NCBI GenBank assembly: GCA_965645245.1
Contig: OZ287072.1
Span: 496,001 to 560,000 of the forward strand
Origin: Massalongia carnosa
Lineage: Eukaryota
DNA length: 64,000 bases
Direction: 5' to 3'
Of this stretch, positions 25,150 through 39,329 are shown one piece after another (position 1 is the stretch's first letter; every line of letters starts with the position of its first letter). The position numbers and the translations under genes were made by a program. A model generated the notes under the pieces. That model was not told the origin of the DNA. It ran no database searches and saw only the letters and a program-made list of their open reading frames with translations.

Positions 25150-26519
25150 TCAATGATGAGATCTGTTCATTAGAATTTTCGTCCCGTAGAGCATGGTAGT
25201 TCTTCTTATGATTCTTTCTCTTACCCATGTCAGACAGCTAAACTTCAATTGGACGACGTGCAGAAGAGGGGGTTAGGTAAAGGAGAGACGGAAACACATC
25301 TCACAGGAGGAAGGACCACGAATAATTATGAGTAACGGCCTTATAGAGATCAAATGATTCTATCGACCGTGTAACTTCCCCCGATAGCGAACTTCAAGCC
25401 ATTCACATCTTTGGACTCTAGGATAAAGCCACCAGTCGCAAAAAGACAAGATAAAGACGAGTTTTCTCGACCCTGTGCCCAACAAATAAAGGTGAGGCAT
25501 CAATCGCCAGGTCGAATTTCACCAATCAAATTGCGGCATTTGGCCAATTGGAGCCACGTCGAACAGCAGCGTCGAATATGTGGGCAGCCCGCACGTAATC
25601 TAGTAATGATGCATGACGAAGCAGGATGAAGCAGCGATGGGTTTCCCTATCCGCAAAATACATTTGCATTGGTCAAATCGATGTAAGGTGCTCTTCCGAC
25701 TGGTGCCTTACTTTGCAGCAGCTGGCTCTTCACGTCCTCGTGCGTTAGATCTGCCGTTGCTGCCCGACTAGCCATGCACTTCAGATACGATGCAATGTGA
25801 TTAACCGCATCTCACCATTAAGCAAGGCCAGTTGGTTGACCAATGCAGCCTGATTGGATAATCATGATATTTGGAACGGAGGGAAAAGGGTGTTGAGAGG
25901 AATTGTCGAGGAAGCCAACAGTTCACGAATTGAGTCCTTGTCGTTCGTGCACCAGAGCAGCTAGCGCAAGCCAGAGGAATCCTCCCGCATTCCCGCCCCT
26001 ACCTCGCAAACTTCTCTCCAAACAGCTGCTTTGCGAAAAGATTCTTAACCAGGCGGACTTGCGCAACTTCGAACATTATCACCATATATAAAAAGCTGTT
26101 GCACTACAAGCTCACAACGAGCAAGAAGAAACGGAAATCTAGCAGTTTCGCTTTGTCGTCAAGTTCAAACAAGAGTTCACAATCTCAAAACTAGAAGAGC
26201 TCCTTGTTTGCCTAAAGTCAATCGCTTGGATCTCCTCCACTCTCAAGCCAAGACTGCCATTTGGCTTGTCACAACAATTAAATATTCCGGATGTAGAGAA
26301 TGTGGGTGGAGACAACGGCGCTGACATGGCTGCCTTGACCGCAGATGAAGGAGGAAATGTAAAGCTGAGGCGTAGCACAAGAAGCGCGCTCCGTGACATG
26401 TTTTAGTTCGCATCCTGGATGAGCAATGTTTGTTGTAAGCCGAATGCTTGCTACGCTAGAATATTCAACCTGGAAAAAAAGCTCCGAGATCAAAATTCAT
26501 ATATACAGACTCATTGATA

Positions 26520-27335
26520 TTATACGACACAGAGGATTTCCCCATGCAAAATTGCAAACCAGCCGTCTACTTCTGTGCCCCATTTCTGCCACGTTCTGGC
26601 AATGCGAACTAGGTCTTCTTCAGTAGCATGCCCATATTTGATAGCATACTGAGCAAATGACGACTCAATAGTTCGTTCAGCCCAGAGACTACTCCACCAA
26701 GTCCGTTCCTCCGGAGAATTATAGCACCATGTACTTGTTGTAGCAATAATGCTATGTTGATCAAAACCAGCAGCTCTTGCCCATGCATGTAACTGTCTCC
26801 CGGCGTTTGGTTCTCCTCCATTGGAGCGTGCCACTTTAAGATATAACTCTTGCCAGTTAGCCATCCCGTTAACATCCGGATACCATGTCATGGTAGAGAA
26901 ATCCGAATCGCGGACAGCAACTTTCCCGCCTGGCTTTACAACACGACGCATTTCACGCAATGCCTGTGTAGGATTGCCAACGTGCTGCAAGACCTGATGC
27001 GCATGTGCTATGTCAAAAGTGTCATCTGGAAAATCGAGTTTGTGTATGTCGCCAATGGCAAACTGAACATTACTCAACCCTCGCTTTGTAGCCAAGGCTT
27101 TGGCTACTTGGAGGATGTTCGGGGTACAATCTAAGCCGACAACCTGACCTTCAGGTACCAAGCCAGCAAAGTCCGCGGTGATAGTTCCTGGACCACAGCC
27201 AACATCAAGTATGTGCATAGATGGAAGAATTGAGTCTATTAGGTATCCTGCTGAATTAACGGCGGTACGAGACGCATGAGAACACAAGACAGACTTATGA
27301 TGGCCATGAGTATAAACTGTTTGCTCCTGCGCCAT
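26520..27335 (-). CDS. class I SAM-dependent methyltransferase (UbiE/Methyltransf_11-31-like), intronless
   Basis: Motif I ILDVGCGPGTIT, then LDFPDDTFDIAHAHQVLQH and EMRRVVKPGG. N-terminus YTHGHH. Confidence 0.9.
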   Translation of the reverse strand: MAQEQTVYTHGHHKSVLCSHASRTAVNSAGYLIDSILPSMHILDVGCGPGTITADFAGLVPEGQVVGLDCTPNILQVAKALATKRGLSNVQFAIGDIHKLDFPDDTFDIAHAHQVLQHVGNPTQALREMRRVVKPGGKVAVRDSDFSTMTWYPDVNGMANWQELYLKVARSNGGEPNAGRQLHAWARAAGFDQHSIIATTSTWCYNSPEERTWWSSLWAERTIESSFAQYAIKYGHATEEDLVRIARTWQKWGTEVDGWFAILHGEILCVV

Positions 27336-28014
27336 CGTGGGCTTGCGAACGACGTATATTAAAGTTCACAAAGCGTGAGAAAGCAATGCGAAAATTAGCT
27401 TTGAATTTAAATTCACGAAATGAAGTCTATTAAGTAATAGGCCGATTTTGGCGAGTCCTTTTCAAGGTCTTCGTTTTAATGTCTTTCATGAACGGCCACG
27501 TTTCATTATAAATACTAAACCTTCACACTCGAATATCGAATACGCTAATTATGTATTACAGAAAGTTTGAAACCTTCCCAAAAATGGATCAGTTGGATGT
27601 TCTTAAGATCTTGCCATTTTCATGATACAACCCCAATTGCATCACGCTAAAACTTATTGAGGCAAAACGACTCATACATACTCTTGAGTAATTAGCGTGT
27701 TGCAAATAGGAGTGAATACGAGTAACTAGTAAGTGGAACAACCATTTTCCGTAGCGAAGCTCTTGTAGACTAATTAGCGAGTGAACCTCCGGTTTTCTTT
27801 TATCGAACGCATCTAAAGCCCTGCTTCATTTAGGCCGCCATGGACCATCAGTTTCCTGCCTGCACACTCTTGTCTCTTAATATTTAACGTTAATGACAAA
27901 ATAAGCCTTGCCCCTATCAATATTTGAGCTGTTGGTTAGTCTCGATTAGAGGGGAATATTTTGGGCTTCCTCCAGGCCGCAAGGGCTCTTTGAACGCGCC
28001 AGGAAAGAGATCTA

Positions 28015-30932
28015 ATGGCGGAATCACAACAGCTTGCATCGTCAAACGCAAGTCGAAGGAAACGTCAGTACGCTGGGCAAGCATATGATTTTGGAGGAGG
28101 TTCGAATTCAGCCCTTGGGGGGCAGCATCCAGGGGGCGCACCCAATCCAGGACCGTATCCGCTCCCTCCAGGCGCAGACAACGGGCCTTATGGCCAACAG
28201 GGGCCCCAGACGGGAGACCACCAGCCAGCATATGTAAGTGATCATGTAGCACAGCCAGTTTCTGGGAATATACCCAACTATGGGCATCAACCGCCTTCTG
28301 TGGGTGGGTATCAACCTCCCGACCCTGGATACACCCCTCAAGCTCCTGGCGTAAGCCAAATTACCCAAGCGATGGGGAATATGGGAGTTGGTGGACAGAG
28401 TCAGCACCAGTCTCACCAGCCTCACCACCAGCAACGGCTGCAACTCAATCAGCTATATCCTACCGACTTACTGAATCAACCTTTCAATGTATCCGAACTC
28501 GATCTACCTCCGCCACCTGTTATACTCCCTGCAAATGTAAGTACGGTCTACCTAAGATATCTTTGGCTTACTGACAACCAAATAGTCAAGCGTAACGCCA
28601 TCTGCGGACGCTAATTGTTCGCCGAAATATGTGCGCTCAACGCTCAACGCAGTTCCCACAACTCACTCATTGCTCAAAAAATCACGGTTACCTTTTGCTT
28701 TGGTGATTCAACCATATAGCTCTTTACACGATGTCGAAGACCCGGTGCCTGTTGTACCCGATCAGGTCATTGCTAGGTGTCGGAGGTGCCGGTCATATAT
28801 TAACCCGTTCGCGACATTCTTGGATCAAGGTCATCGTTGGAGATGCAATATGTGTAACCTCACCAATGAGGTTCCCCAGGCCTTTGATTGGGATGCAGCT
28901 ACGCAGAAGAGTGTAGATAGATGGTCACGACCCGAACTCAACCACTCTGTTGTGGAATTCATAGCTCCTCAGGAGTACATGGTTCGGCCTCCCCAACCTT
29001 TGGTCTATTTATTTCTATTTGACGTCAGCTATGCATCTGTCACCAGCGGCTTGCTGGCTACGGGGGCTCGATGCATTCTTGAAAGTTTAGACCGCATACC
29101 AAATGCAGATCGTAGGACACGACTTGGATTTATGGCTGTTGATTCGGGTCTACACTACTTTTCTATTCTGCGTGACGAGAGTGGAATTGGAGAAACAAGC
29201 ATGCTTGTCGTGAGCGACTTGGATGAGCCATTTCTACCAACACCCGACGACCTCTTGGTAACACTCTGTGAGTCTCGTGAAAATATTGAGAATTTCCTCG
29301 GAAAGCTGCAAGAGATGTTTCAAAACAACCAAAACAACGGCTCCTGCATGGGATCAGCTTTAAGAGCAGGTCACAAACTTATTTCTCCTGTCGGCGGGAA
29401 GCTTACAGTGCTTACTGCGAGTCTCCCGAACCTTGGACACGGCAAGCTTGAAATGAGAGAAGACAAGAAGATACTCGGGACGAGCAAAGAAAGTTCTCTT
29501 TTACAGACAGGAAGCAGCTTTTATAAAAGCTTTGCTGTCGAGTGCTCTAAAAACCAGGTTTCTATTGATATGTTTCTTTTCTCTTCGCAATACCAGGACG
29601 TAGCGTCCTTGAGTAATCTGCCAAGATATACTGGAGGCCAGACTTACTTCTACCCTGGCTGGAATGCTGCTAGGAGTGAAGACGCAATCAAGTTTGCGAG
29701 AGAGTTCTCAGATTACCTTTCAGCAGAGATTGGTCTCGAAGCGGTCCTTCGTGTTAGAGCTACTACAGGCTTACGTATGAGTACGTTCTATGGCAACTTT
29801 TTTAACAGGAGCTCCGACCTTTGTGCTTTTCCCGCATTTCCTCGAGATCAGAGTTATGTGGTGGAAGTTGCCATCGATGAAACCCTGACCAAGGGTATGA
29901 TCTGTCTTCAGAGCGCAGTGTTACACACGACTTGCAATGGCGAGAGAAGGATAAGAGTCATGACCCTTGCTTTGCCGACAACCCAGTCCTTAGCAGATAT
30001 GTACGCGTCCGCAGATCAAGGGGCTATCGCCGCTTTCTTCAGCCACAAAGCAGTCGAGCGCGTTCTGGGTAATGGGTTAGAGCCAGCACGTGATGCCCTG
30101 CAGGCAAAGCTCATCGAACTTCTGCAAACATATCGCAAAGAACTAGCTGGCGGCAATATGGGTGGCGGAGGACTCCAGTTCCCAACGAATCTGAGGTGTC
30201 TGCCGGTCCTGTTCTTAGGGTTGATGAAAAATGCAAGCCATATGCACATGTTAACCTACTCGATGGGATTTCAATGTTAACGTTGGTATAGATTGGTCTT
30301 CGGAAATCCGCTCAAATTCCAAGCGATATGCGTTCGGCTGCTCTCTGTCAGCTCTCAACTTTGCCACTTCCTCTTCTGATACAATACATCTATCCCAAAT
30401 TCTACTCCCTACACGACATGCCTGATAATGCCGGTCTACCTGACGAGCACACGGGGGATATCATGCTCCCTCCCTCCATTAACCTTTCCTCCGCGAGCCT
30501 AGTTCCGTACGGCCTTTATCTCATTGACGATGGGCAGACACAATTCCTCTGGGTCGGCCGTGAAGTTGTTCCGCAGCTAGTAGAGGATGTTTTTGGTGTC
30601 CCGGACAGGACGCAGGTAAAAGTAGGCAAGCTGACATTGCCGGTCCTCGAGAACGATTTCAACGAACGCGTCCGGGCGGTGGTGGAGAAGAGTCGAGACC
30701 ACCGATCTAGAGGAGTGGGCAGCATCGTTGTACCTCACCTCTACATTGTACGGGAGGATGGTGAACCGGGCATGAGATTATGGGCACAAACTATGCTGAT
30801 TGAAGATCGGGCGGACCAAGGAGTGAGTCTAAAGCAATGGCTTGGAACAATGAGAGAAAAGGCAAGTTTTGCGCCTCCTGTTGGGGATCGCTGCCTACTT
30901 CATACTAACACGTTTTGCAGGTTGTGCAATGA
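28015..30932 (+). CDS. SEC24: COPII coat protein Sec24
   Basis: [63 protein letters not shown] and [10 protein letters not shown]. Exons 28015-28536, 28586-30232, 30292-30861 and 30921-30932 end in MREKVVQ*. Confidence 0.95.
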
Positions 30933-33017
30933 TAGAGCGCACCTAGTAGAGTTGAATGATTCATGCCAACGTTTATGGTTGAGGGGATATTATTCAGTCA
31001 GCCCAATCGTCGTAAACCCAAAACGTTTCACCATGAATCTTAAGAATCTTCTGTTAAGGGTCTCCATTGAGATTCTTCTCTCACCTTTTGTCACCTTTCC
31101 GACATTTTCCACAGCCGGCGTCAAACAGCTCATTGGCTTTATAGATTTCGCCGTAGCCTGTGCCACATGTGCGGCCTTTATGGTGTGGGCTAATAAGGCA
31201 GGCTCGTATATCATAATTCATTGGCTATGAGAACTTAAAAGGACTCTCAGTCGAGACTGAGCCGACTAGCTACTCCACCAGTAGACTTTCGCTATTCGTA
31301 TGATAGTCCATTCCTTATTCCATGACACAGAAATATGCACTCCCCACACCAAGCCATCAACTGCATCCCGAAAAGCGAAATGTGGATGGTGGACGAGAAA
31401 TGAAGGAGGTACCTGGAGTGTTGACCGTAGTATACCGAGTATCTGGGGCTGATATACTAATATGGGAGCAGCCGGTTATGTACACTGTACCTCATGTAGG
31501 ATCCAGGGTTGGGTCAGGTACAAGTCTTTGGTAGAACGCATGGACAAATCCTCATTGGAGGAGTAGCGAAAGGGGTAACGGAGATGATTGCACCACGAGC
31601 CTGCTGTGCTCTCCCAGCTAGTTTCCTAAACATTGGAGGTGTCAGAGATACCACGATGACAATCCTGGCGAAGAGTACATCATCTCGTCTGTAACAGCTT
31701 CAGAGCACTTCAATGGTGGCTGGAGTAATTGACGCTACTTGGTTTGTGTTGAAGATCCATCAATTATCATTGATAATTTATCAATAACCCCTGCGCCCTC
31801 GTCAACCATAGGAATCGCCAAATTTAGACATCCCCCACCATTAGCCTCTTAGCAGCAAACGCCCACCTCCTCCACTGTACGAAGGAGAGTTCAAACCCTT
31901 TCGCTGTTTTCATCGTTTTGAGACATCATTCGAGCTTCATAATTATCACCAATATTTAATGCTTGGATCCGCTGCCCGGGTGTTGATCATCTAGCAGTCT
32001 GAGAAGCTTCTGTGAGTCACTTACCTCCAAATGAACCCAGTATACGATGTATCGCAACTACCATCCTAGCTTCGAAGAAGGACGACCAATAAATGTCATA
32101 CAATCACCTATTGTGGCTTTGGGTGATGTACTGATCGCCTCTCCATTCACTAACAGACAAGCATAACCTCAGAATCACCTCATTGTTCCTCGTCATTCCT
32201 CGTCTTCCCTCTATCTGGATTTATACTTCCTGCATGCTCCCGCTCCTTATTCAAGGCAAACTCTCCCGCTCATTCGAAACCTTCGAGAGGCACAGTAACA
32301 GTAGTTTGACAAAGGTATCTCGTATCTCACATAAAGGAACACAAGAACGACCCGGCCTAACAGTCTCGCTTCGGTTTAGGACAACATCTACGCTCTCAAC
32401 AACCTTCGGACACCTAAGACAGCCAAGTAACAGGCGCCGAGACTTGAATAACTTCGCTTCGAAGTGTGTAGAAGCTTGACATTACTGGCAGTCGCGCAGG
32501 GACGGAAAGTGTATCGATCCTCATCGCTTCTCTTGCCTCTAAAGTGCCGGCCCCTTGCTACAGTCAATCCGTGTGAGTGAGCACTTTAAGATTCCTTGCT
32601 TTGATCTGCTATCGACTCAAGGAGGAAGCAAGCTTTCCGAGTAATGCCAGCAGGGTAGATCTACCCAATATAGGCTCATGTCAAAATCTATGCGTGCGCC
32701 TGGAGCTTGCAGCTAGCAACAGCGCTGCCCAAATTCTTTTTAACTCTCTTACATAGGAGTGTCTGAAATGGAGTCCCGACTTCATAGTCTTGGTTTTTTT
32801 TCGTTGATCTTGGCTGACGCCTCCTGAGTAGTGCATTTCCATACCCATTTGGCATTCCAAGGTCTTTTTGTATCTTCCACCAGCTACAAGTTGCCGACAG
32901 TGGGCCATCATCTTTCTCTTGGGTGCTACCAAACCTGACGTTTGATTTGATCCATCCGTGCAAATCGCTGCGCTGCCGCAAAGAACTTTAACTGTTTAGG
33001 ATTTGAACAATCACGCA

Positions 33018-34302
<1,285 letters not shown>

Positions 34303-34722
34303 GGCCTTTTTGTTTGGAAACTGGAGTGCATAACATCATGCTATGCTATTTTGTTGTGACTCTTTGACCGGAGGTTTTGTCGGCTGGTTACGATGATGGA
34401 TCTGGCTAAAATTTCCAATAATTTATGGGGGTGTGGCCTAGCACTGGATTAGCAAAACTTTCTCAGTATCTCTTTGCATGTAATATGGCTTCTGAGACTT
34501 CTCGGTATTAGCCTTTGGTTCAATCAGGGGTGGGCTTTTGTAAGGCAGATACTCAGCAACATGGCAAGTAAGTGGAGGAAGACGAATCACATTGGAGTTT
34601 TTCCCTCATGCGTTGAACCTCTTGCCGTGAACAGTTTTAATGTCTCTCTTCCTATAGTCAGATTTTTTTTTTTTTGCAAATACGCATGCCCTTCATGCCC
34701 TCCAACCCCCCCCTCAATTCCT

Positions 34723-35859
34723 TCAATCCCTACCAATCCCCTTCTCCCTCATGAAGCGTTCAATCCCCTCCCGCAATCCCTCCGCGCTCGGTCGCTCCGC
34801 GCACACATCCACCAGAACCCCAAGCTCAGCCTGGAGGTAATCTCGAGTCGTCGGCCCGATGGTCGCAAGGAACGTTTTTCTGCCTCTGCTCCTTCTAGTC
34901 TTCGTTTGCATGCCGCCTGCCTGATCTAATCCTCCATCTTGCCCCTGCCCCTCCTCCTGCTTCCCCCCGCCCCCTACCCGCCCCCCCTCCACGTCCTCCT
35001 CACTATCGCCATCCCCATCCCCACCCAACTCCCTCAAAACCTCCCTAGCCCCCTGCGTCGAGAAAATCACCACCCACATCACGCCCCCCCGCGTCTCCGC
35101 CGCCGCCGCCTCCCCCCCCCTCCGAAACCTCCCCGAAAACCCCCCGTCCAGCTCCGTCTTGTATACCACGCACGTCTCCACCTCCCACCCGGCCTTCTCC
35201 AGCCCCACCGCCAGGCCCTCCCGGCGCTTCTCTCCCGCAAGCCACAACACTTTCTTGGTCTTCGTTACATCCATCGCCGCCGAACCATCACCACCACCAC
35301 CGTCAGCAGTATCGTCCTTGCCAAGCCTCTCAGCCACAAGCCCACTCAGCGCCTCCCCCCTCCCGCTCTCCTCGCCCTCCACCCAACACCGCCCCATCCC
35401 CCCTCTATCGTCCCTGTCCAGAAACTCCCTCAGCGCGCGCCCCGTCCCCGGCCCGACCGCGAACAGCGGCACCCGGAGGCGCGCGAGCTGTTCCTGCGCT
35501 GGGAGTGAGAGCAGGGGGAGCGCGAGCGCGAGGGTGGCGACCGCGCGCTGCGAGGTGAAGATTAGAGCCCGGTAGGGGAATTGGTATTGATTAGGAGGGG
35601 GTTTGGTGTTTGTGGTGTTTGTAGTGTTGGCTTTGGTGGAGAAGGTGGTAGGAGGAGGAGAAGGGGCGAGAAGGGAGAGGAGCGGGGAGAGGAGCGGGGT
35701 GGTGGTCAGGGGGGGGATGTGGATGGGCGGGAGGTAGCGCGGGGCGGGGAAGTGGGCGGTATAGAGGTCGGGGTCGAAGGGGGCTTTTAGGAGGATGATT
35801 GCGGTTGGGGGGTAGGGGCTGAGTGGAGGGGGGAAGGAGGGTGGCGGTGGTGGTGGCAT
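34723..35859 (-). CDS. HEM4: uroporphyrinogen-III synthase
   Basis: IILLKAP, ALIFTSQRAV, LFAVGPGT, LWLAGEKRR, VVYKT, WVVIFS, ATIGPTTRDYL and VCAERPSAEGL, with Pro-rich and Gly-rich insertions. Confidence 0.85.
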   Translation of the reverse strand: MPPPPPPSFPPPLSPYPPTAIILLKAPFDPDLYTAHFPAPRYLPPIHIPPLTTTPLLSPLLSLLAPSPPPTTFSTKANTTNTTNTKPPPNQYQFPYRALIFTSQRAVATLALALPLLSLPAQEQLARLRVPLFAVGPGTGRALREFLDRDDRGGMGRCWVEGEESGRGEALSGLVAERLGKDDTADGGGGDGSAAMDVTKTKKVLWLAGEKRREGLAVGLEKAGWEVETCVVYKTELDGGFSGRFRRGGEAAAAETRGGVMWVVIFSTQGAREVLRELGGDGDGDSEEDVEGGRVGGGGKQEEGQGQDGGLDQAGGMQTKTRRSRGRKTFLATIGPTTRDYLQAELGVLVDVCAERPSAEGLREGIERFMREKGIGRD

Positions 35860-36210
35860 GAGTGCGTTTTTGGGGTGGTTTGTCTTTGTGCTGGGAGTGG
35901 GTTTACATACCTATTTCGCTTTTGCATTTCGTCTCGGATTTAACTTTATTATGTCCTACTTTCACGCCTTCCTAGTAACTTAACTTATTAGGTATCTTCA
36001 AGCTTTTCCTTCCCCGTCCCCAGAACAAGCAGCGCAAGAGAGTCTCAGTCACTAGTTAGTTACTAAATATATCGATTCCTCCCCACTACCACCACCCACC
36101 GCAACGCCGGCGCCGCCGGTCCCGCGACTATCCGGCTACGAATCAAACCCCCCCCAACTCCTCCTCCTCCTCCTCCTCCTCCTCCTCCTCTATATTCTTC
36201 GTGGACAACA

Positions 36211-36974
36211 ATGACCCAGTCCCCCACCACCCGGGAGACAACCGGCCAGTCCGCGATTAGCGAAGTCCCGTCACCGCCGCTGCCGCCGCCGAAAGCGCTC
36301 CCGAAAGGGGTGGTGTTGGGGAAGGATGGGAAACCGTAGGTTTTTTTTCCCTTTTCCTTTTTATTTTTCCTTGCTTCCTTTCCGTTTATTATACCAGAGG
36401 GGAAAGGGGGTTGGAGACTGGAAACGGGAAGATGGTGAGATGGCGATGGGTTGCTAGCTGGCTCATGGGGCACATGATTTAAAACAGGTGTCGGTCGTGC
36501 ACCAGCGTTGCCGCTTGGGCTGCCATGATGGGTTCCTCGACTTCCTCGACTTCCTCGACTTCCTCGTCCTCCTCCACCTCCTCCCTCAGCTCCACCTCGA
36601 CCTCCACATCCTCCCCCACGACCACCACTAAACCTCCCCTCCCCTGCCCACCGACCTCCGACCTCCTGGGCGCGCATACCTGGACGCTCCTCCACACCAT
36701 AAGCGCCAGCTACCCGCCGTCAGCCACGCCCGTGCAGCAGCGCGAGATGCGCGACTTCCTGACGCTGTTCGCGAAGCTGTACCCGTGCTGGCCGTGCGCG
36801 ACGGATTTTCAGCGCTGGATGCGCGTCCGCGGCAACGAGCCGCGCGTGGAGGGCAGGGAGGGTTTGGGGCGGTGGATGTGCGAGGCGCATAATGAAGTGA
36901 ACGAGAAGTTGGGAAAGGAGCGGTTTGATTGCGCGAGGTGGGAGGAGAGGTGGAGGACTGGGTGTGGGGGGTGA
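36211..36974 (+). CDS. ERV1: mitochondrial FAD-linked sulfhydryl oxidase Erv1/ALR
   Basis: Exon 1 36211-36335 and exon 2 36488-36974 give the shuttle motif GKDGKPCRSC. Also LGAHTWTLLH..YP, active-site LYPCWPCA and CEAHNEVNEKLGK..FDC. Confidence 0.92.
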
Positions 36975-37179
36975 TGGGTATGGGTGTGGGTGTGGGGTTT
37001 GTACGAGGCACATTTTGGGGGGAGAAGGGGTGTACAAAAGCTGATGGAGGTAGGGCAAATTTTCCGGAAGAGCTACTACACATCATGATTCTATCATGAA
37101 TCCATAACGCTGGAGCTAGGGGGAAAATAGACTTCATGAGATCGTCTATACATTAAATTTTCCAATCCACCAACTTCTC

Positions 37180-38039
37180 CTATTTTGCACTAATGGTTTC
37201 ATACATTAAATCCGTACGCAGCGTCAACTTCACCCCACCCAGCACATCCGCGCCCGAGTGCAGCAGACCCCGATGCTGGAAGATGAGCGCCCTCCCGACC
37301 TTTGGATGCACGTCGTAGGTCCCATCCCACCCGTCATGCGAGTGGAACGTAGTAGCGCCGCCCACGAGCGGCCCTTCGGGGGAATTAGCGTCGGACTCGT
37401 TGAGATAGACATGCAGAGTGTAGAGGGAGCGTTCCTTGTTGTCCGGGGTGACGAAGCTGCCATCCACGTGCGCTGCTAGGGTGTCAGCAGATGAATCATG
37501 GAGAGGATGATGGTGGAAAGTTTCGGGCGCTATGAAAATTGATTGGGAGACCTACGGCGGAAATATTGGGCTTCTTTGTATTTAAGGAATCGCATGCGCT
37601 CGTTGAGGCGCGTCATTTTCAAGGTTTCGCCGCGTCTCTTCGGTCCCAGCCCCGTGACGCGTGGGGCATCTTTTAAGTATTCAATGTCCGGCAACACCGA
37701 GTCCTTGAGCCTGGACCAGATCTTCTCCACCACATCCACATCGTCCCAGATGATGCGACTGCAGTCTCGGGCGTCGGTCATGAGCATCTGGTAGCCGCCA
37801 CCTACATTGATCATGGCTTGCTCCCATTCGCCACTCGTGCGGGCTTCGGCCGCGCGGACGAGATCTTCACATTCCTGCTTGGTGAAGGCATTGTCGATAA
37901 CGACGGCGTAGAGCCCCTTGTATTCAGGAAGAGGCGTTTGGGCGAAATCAATCTTTTGAATGATTTTTCCGGGGCCCGGGCCTGAGAGGAAGTCGGGGGG
38001 AAGAGTGAAAGCCAGCGGTTTGGCTTGTTTGGAGGCCAT
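37180..38039 (-). CDS. 2-oxoglutarate/Fe(II)-dependent oxygenase (prolyl-4-hydroxylase-like), 2 exons
   Basis: LNERMRFLKY...QYFR|PHVDG (HxD across the intron ~37555-37473), TLHVYLN, GGATTF, distal His in LLHSG, and K..LRTDLMY. Confidence 0.88.
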
Positions 38040-38596
38040 TTTGGAACAATTAGAAGATTTTATTTCAAGAAGTTGACTGGATGCCAGCAGTCCTATTTAC
38101 GAACCCAGGTATCAAGACTGTAACCCAGGTAGACTGCCTCGGAAGTATTATACACCGGAGCGCCTTGCTGCCTAACCCAAAGCCAGTGGTGAGTAAAAAG
38201 AATTCTGCAATGACGAGCTACAGAGAAGTTATTTTTAACCCGCTCCACAATATATCCCTTGGTCCATGAAGATGCATTATCAGTCCTCTTGAGCGGCGAA
38301 CAGGGCTGAAGGAAAAGGTGGAGTTCGATCAGGCTATCCTTGCGCAGCAATTTTAGCCGAGAAGGGCTTGGACACGCCGCCAAACCCGTGCTATAGACAG
38401 CGATGAGTCGTTTGTTGTTCTCCCAGTATCTTAAAATGTAGCTAGGAATTTTTCTTGCCTTTGACAGAGTAGACGCAGATGCATACAGATTGGTTAACCT
38501 TGCGGTGAATATCCACTTTTAGGAGGGTTTTGGAAGCCGTTGCAGTGGCTGGCATCCTGCTCTCTTTGACTGTGCTGCTCCTTCTGGCCAAATATA

Positions 38597-38890
38597 CTAG
38601 GTCTTTCTGGCTCTAATTGGGCCTCTTACGTCCTGTAGTTGTGTTGTTTCCGGCAAATGCATTCCTCCCTGGAGTATTTCCACTTTTCCTTGCTGCCGCA
38701 TGTTCCATAAGATCCGCCGCATAGTTGGCATAAGATCTCTCCAGTTCGAGACTCCAAGGGCTTCCAACTCCCCAGTATTCAAAGCACGAGGAACCTCTGA
38801 GGGGCATATGGTCTTCGGGTGGTCTCGAGAGGCCAAGAGCCGGTTGAGATGAGGCAGAAGTACTTCGTTCACAGCTGATTCAGTCGCCAT
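38597..38890 (-). CDS. DUF3253-like small protein
   Basis: KTICPSEVPRAL...WRDLMP...G.VEILQ.G...RGPIR matches the DUF3253 consensus as recalled. Confidence 0.75.
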   Translation of the reverse strand: MATESAVNEVLLPHLNRLLASRDHPKTICPSEVPRALNTGELEALGVSNWRDLMPTMRRILWNMRQQGKVEILQGGMHLPETTQLQDVRGPIRARKT

Positions 38891-39329
38891 GGCAGGATTA
38901 ACTGGTTAGACCTTAAACAAGTAGGGAAATTGATGTAAGTTAGTGTCTTCAATTTTAAACGCTATTGATAATTAGGTATTTGCCAGTATACGCTTAAGCT
39001 GTTGCTGTGTTGAAAGTACACTATCCAAAATATGTCGACAGTAAAGCGGTCTCGTTGCTTGAGAAAACTATGAATCTTGAACTGGAATACCTATGTAGGT
39101 AGTTATCTATACAAAAAGAAAAGAGACAGGTACCTATGTAAAGAGTATCTCTCTGGGTGATTTCAGTGTGCTCTGTAGAGTACTTTTAGCCGAAGCGCCA
39201 AGGCATGATTTCACTCCACCATTTCAATAAGTTTTACAAGAGATTTAACTGCTTGCACAAGATCACGATTGCTGACTAGATTGGTGATAATCATGCTTCA
39301 TAATAGAAGCTGACGTTAATCAATTAAGT

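Noticed and set aside
26520..27335. Recent horizontal transfer of the intronless methyltransferase
   Set aside because: Similar proteins are widespread in filamentous fungi and the composition matches the neighbours. There is no sequence evidence without a phylogeny.
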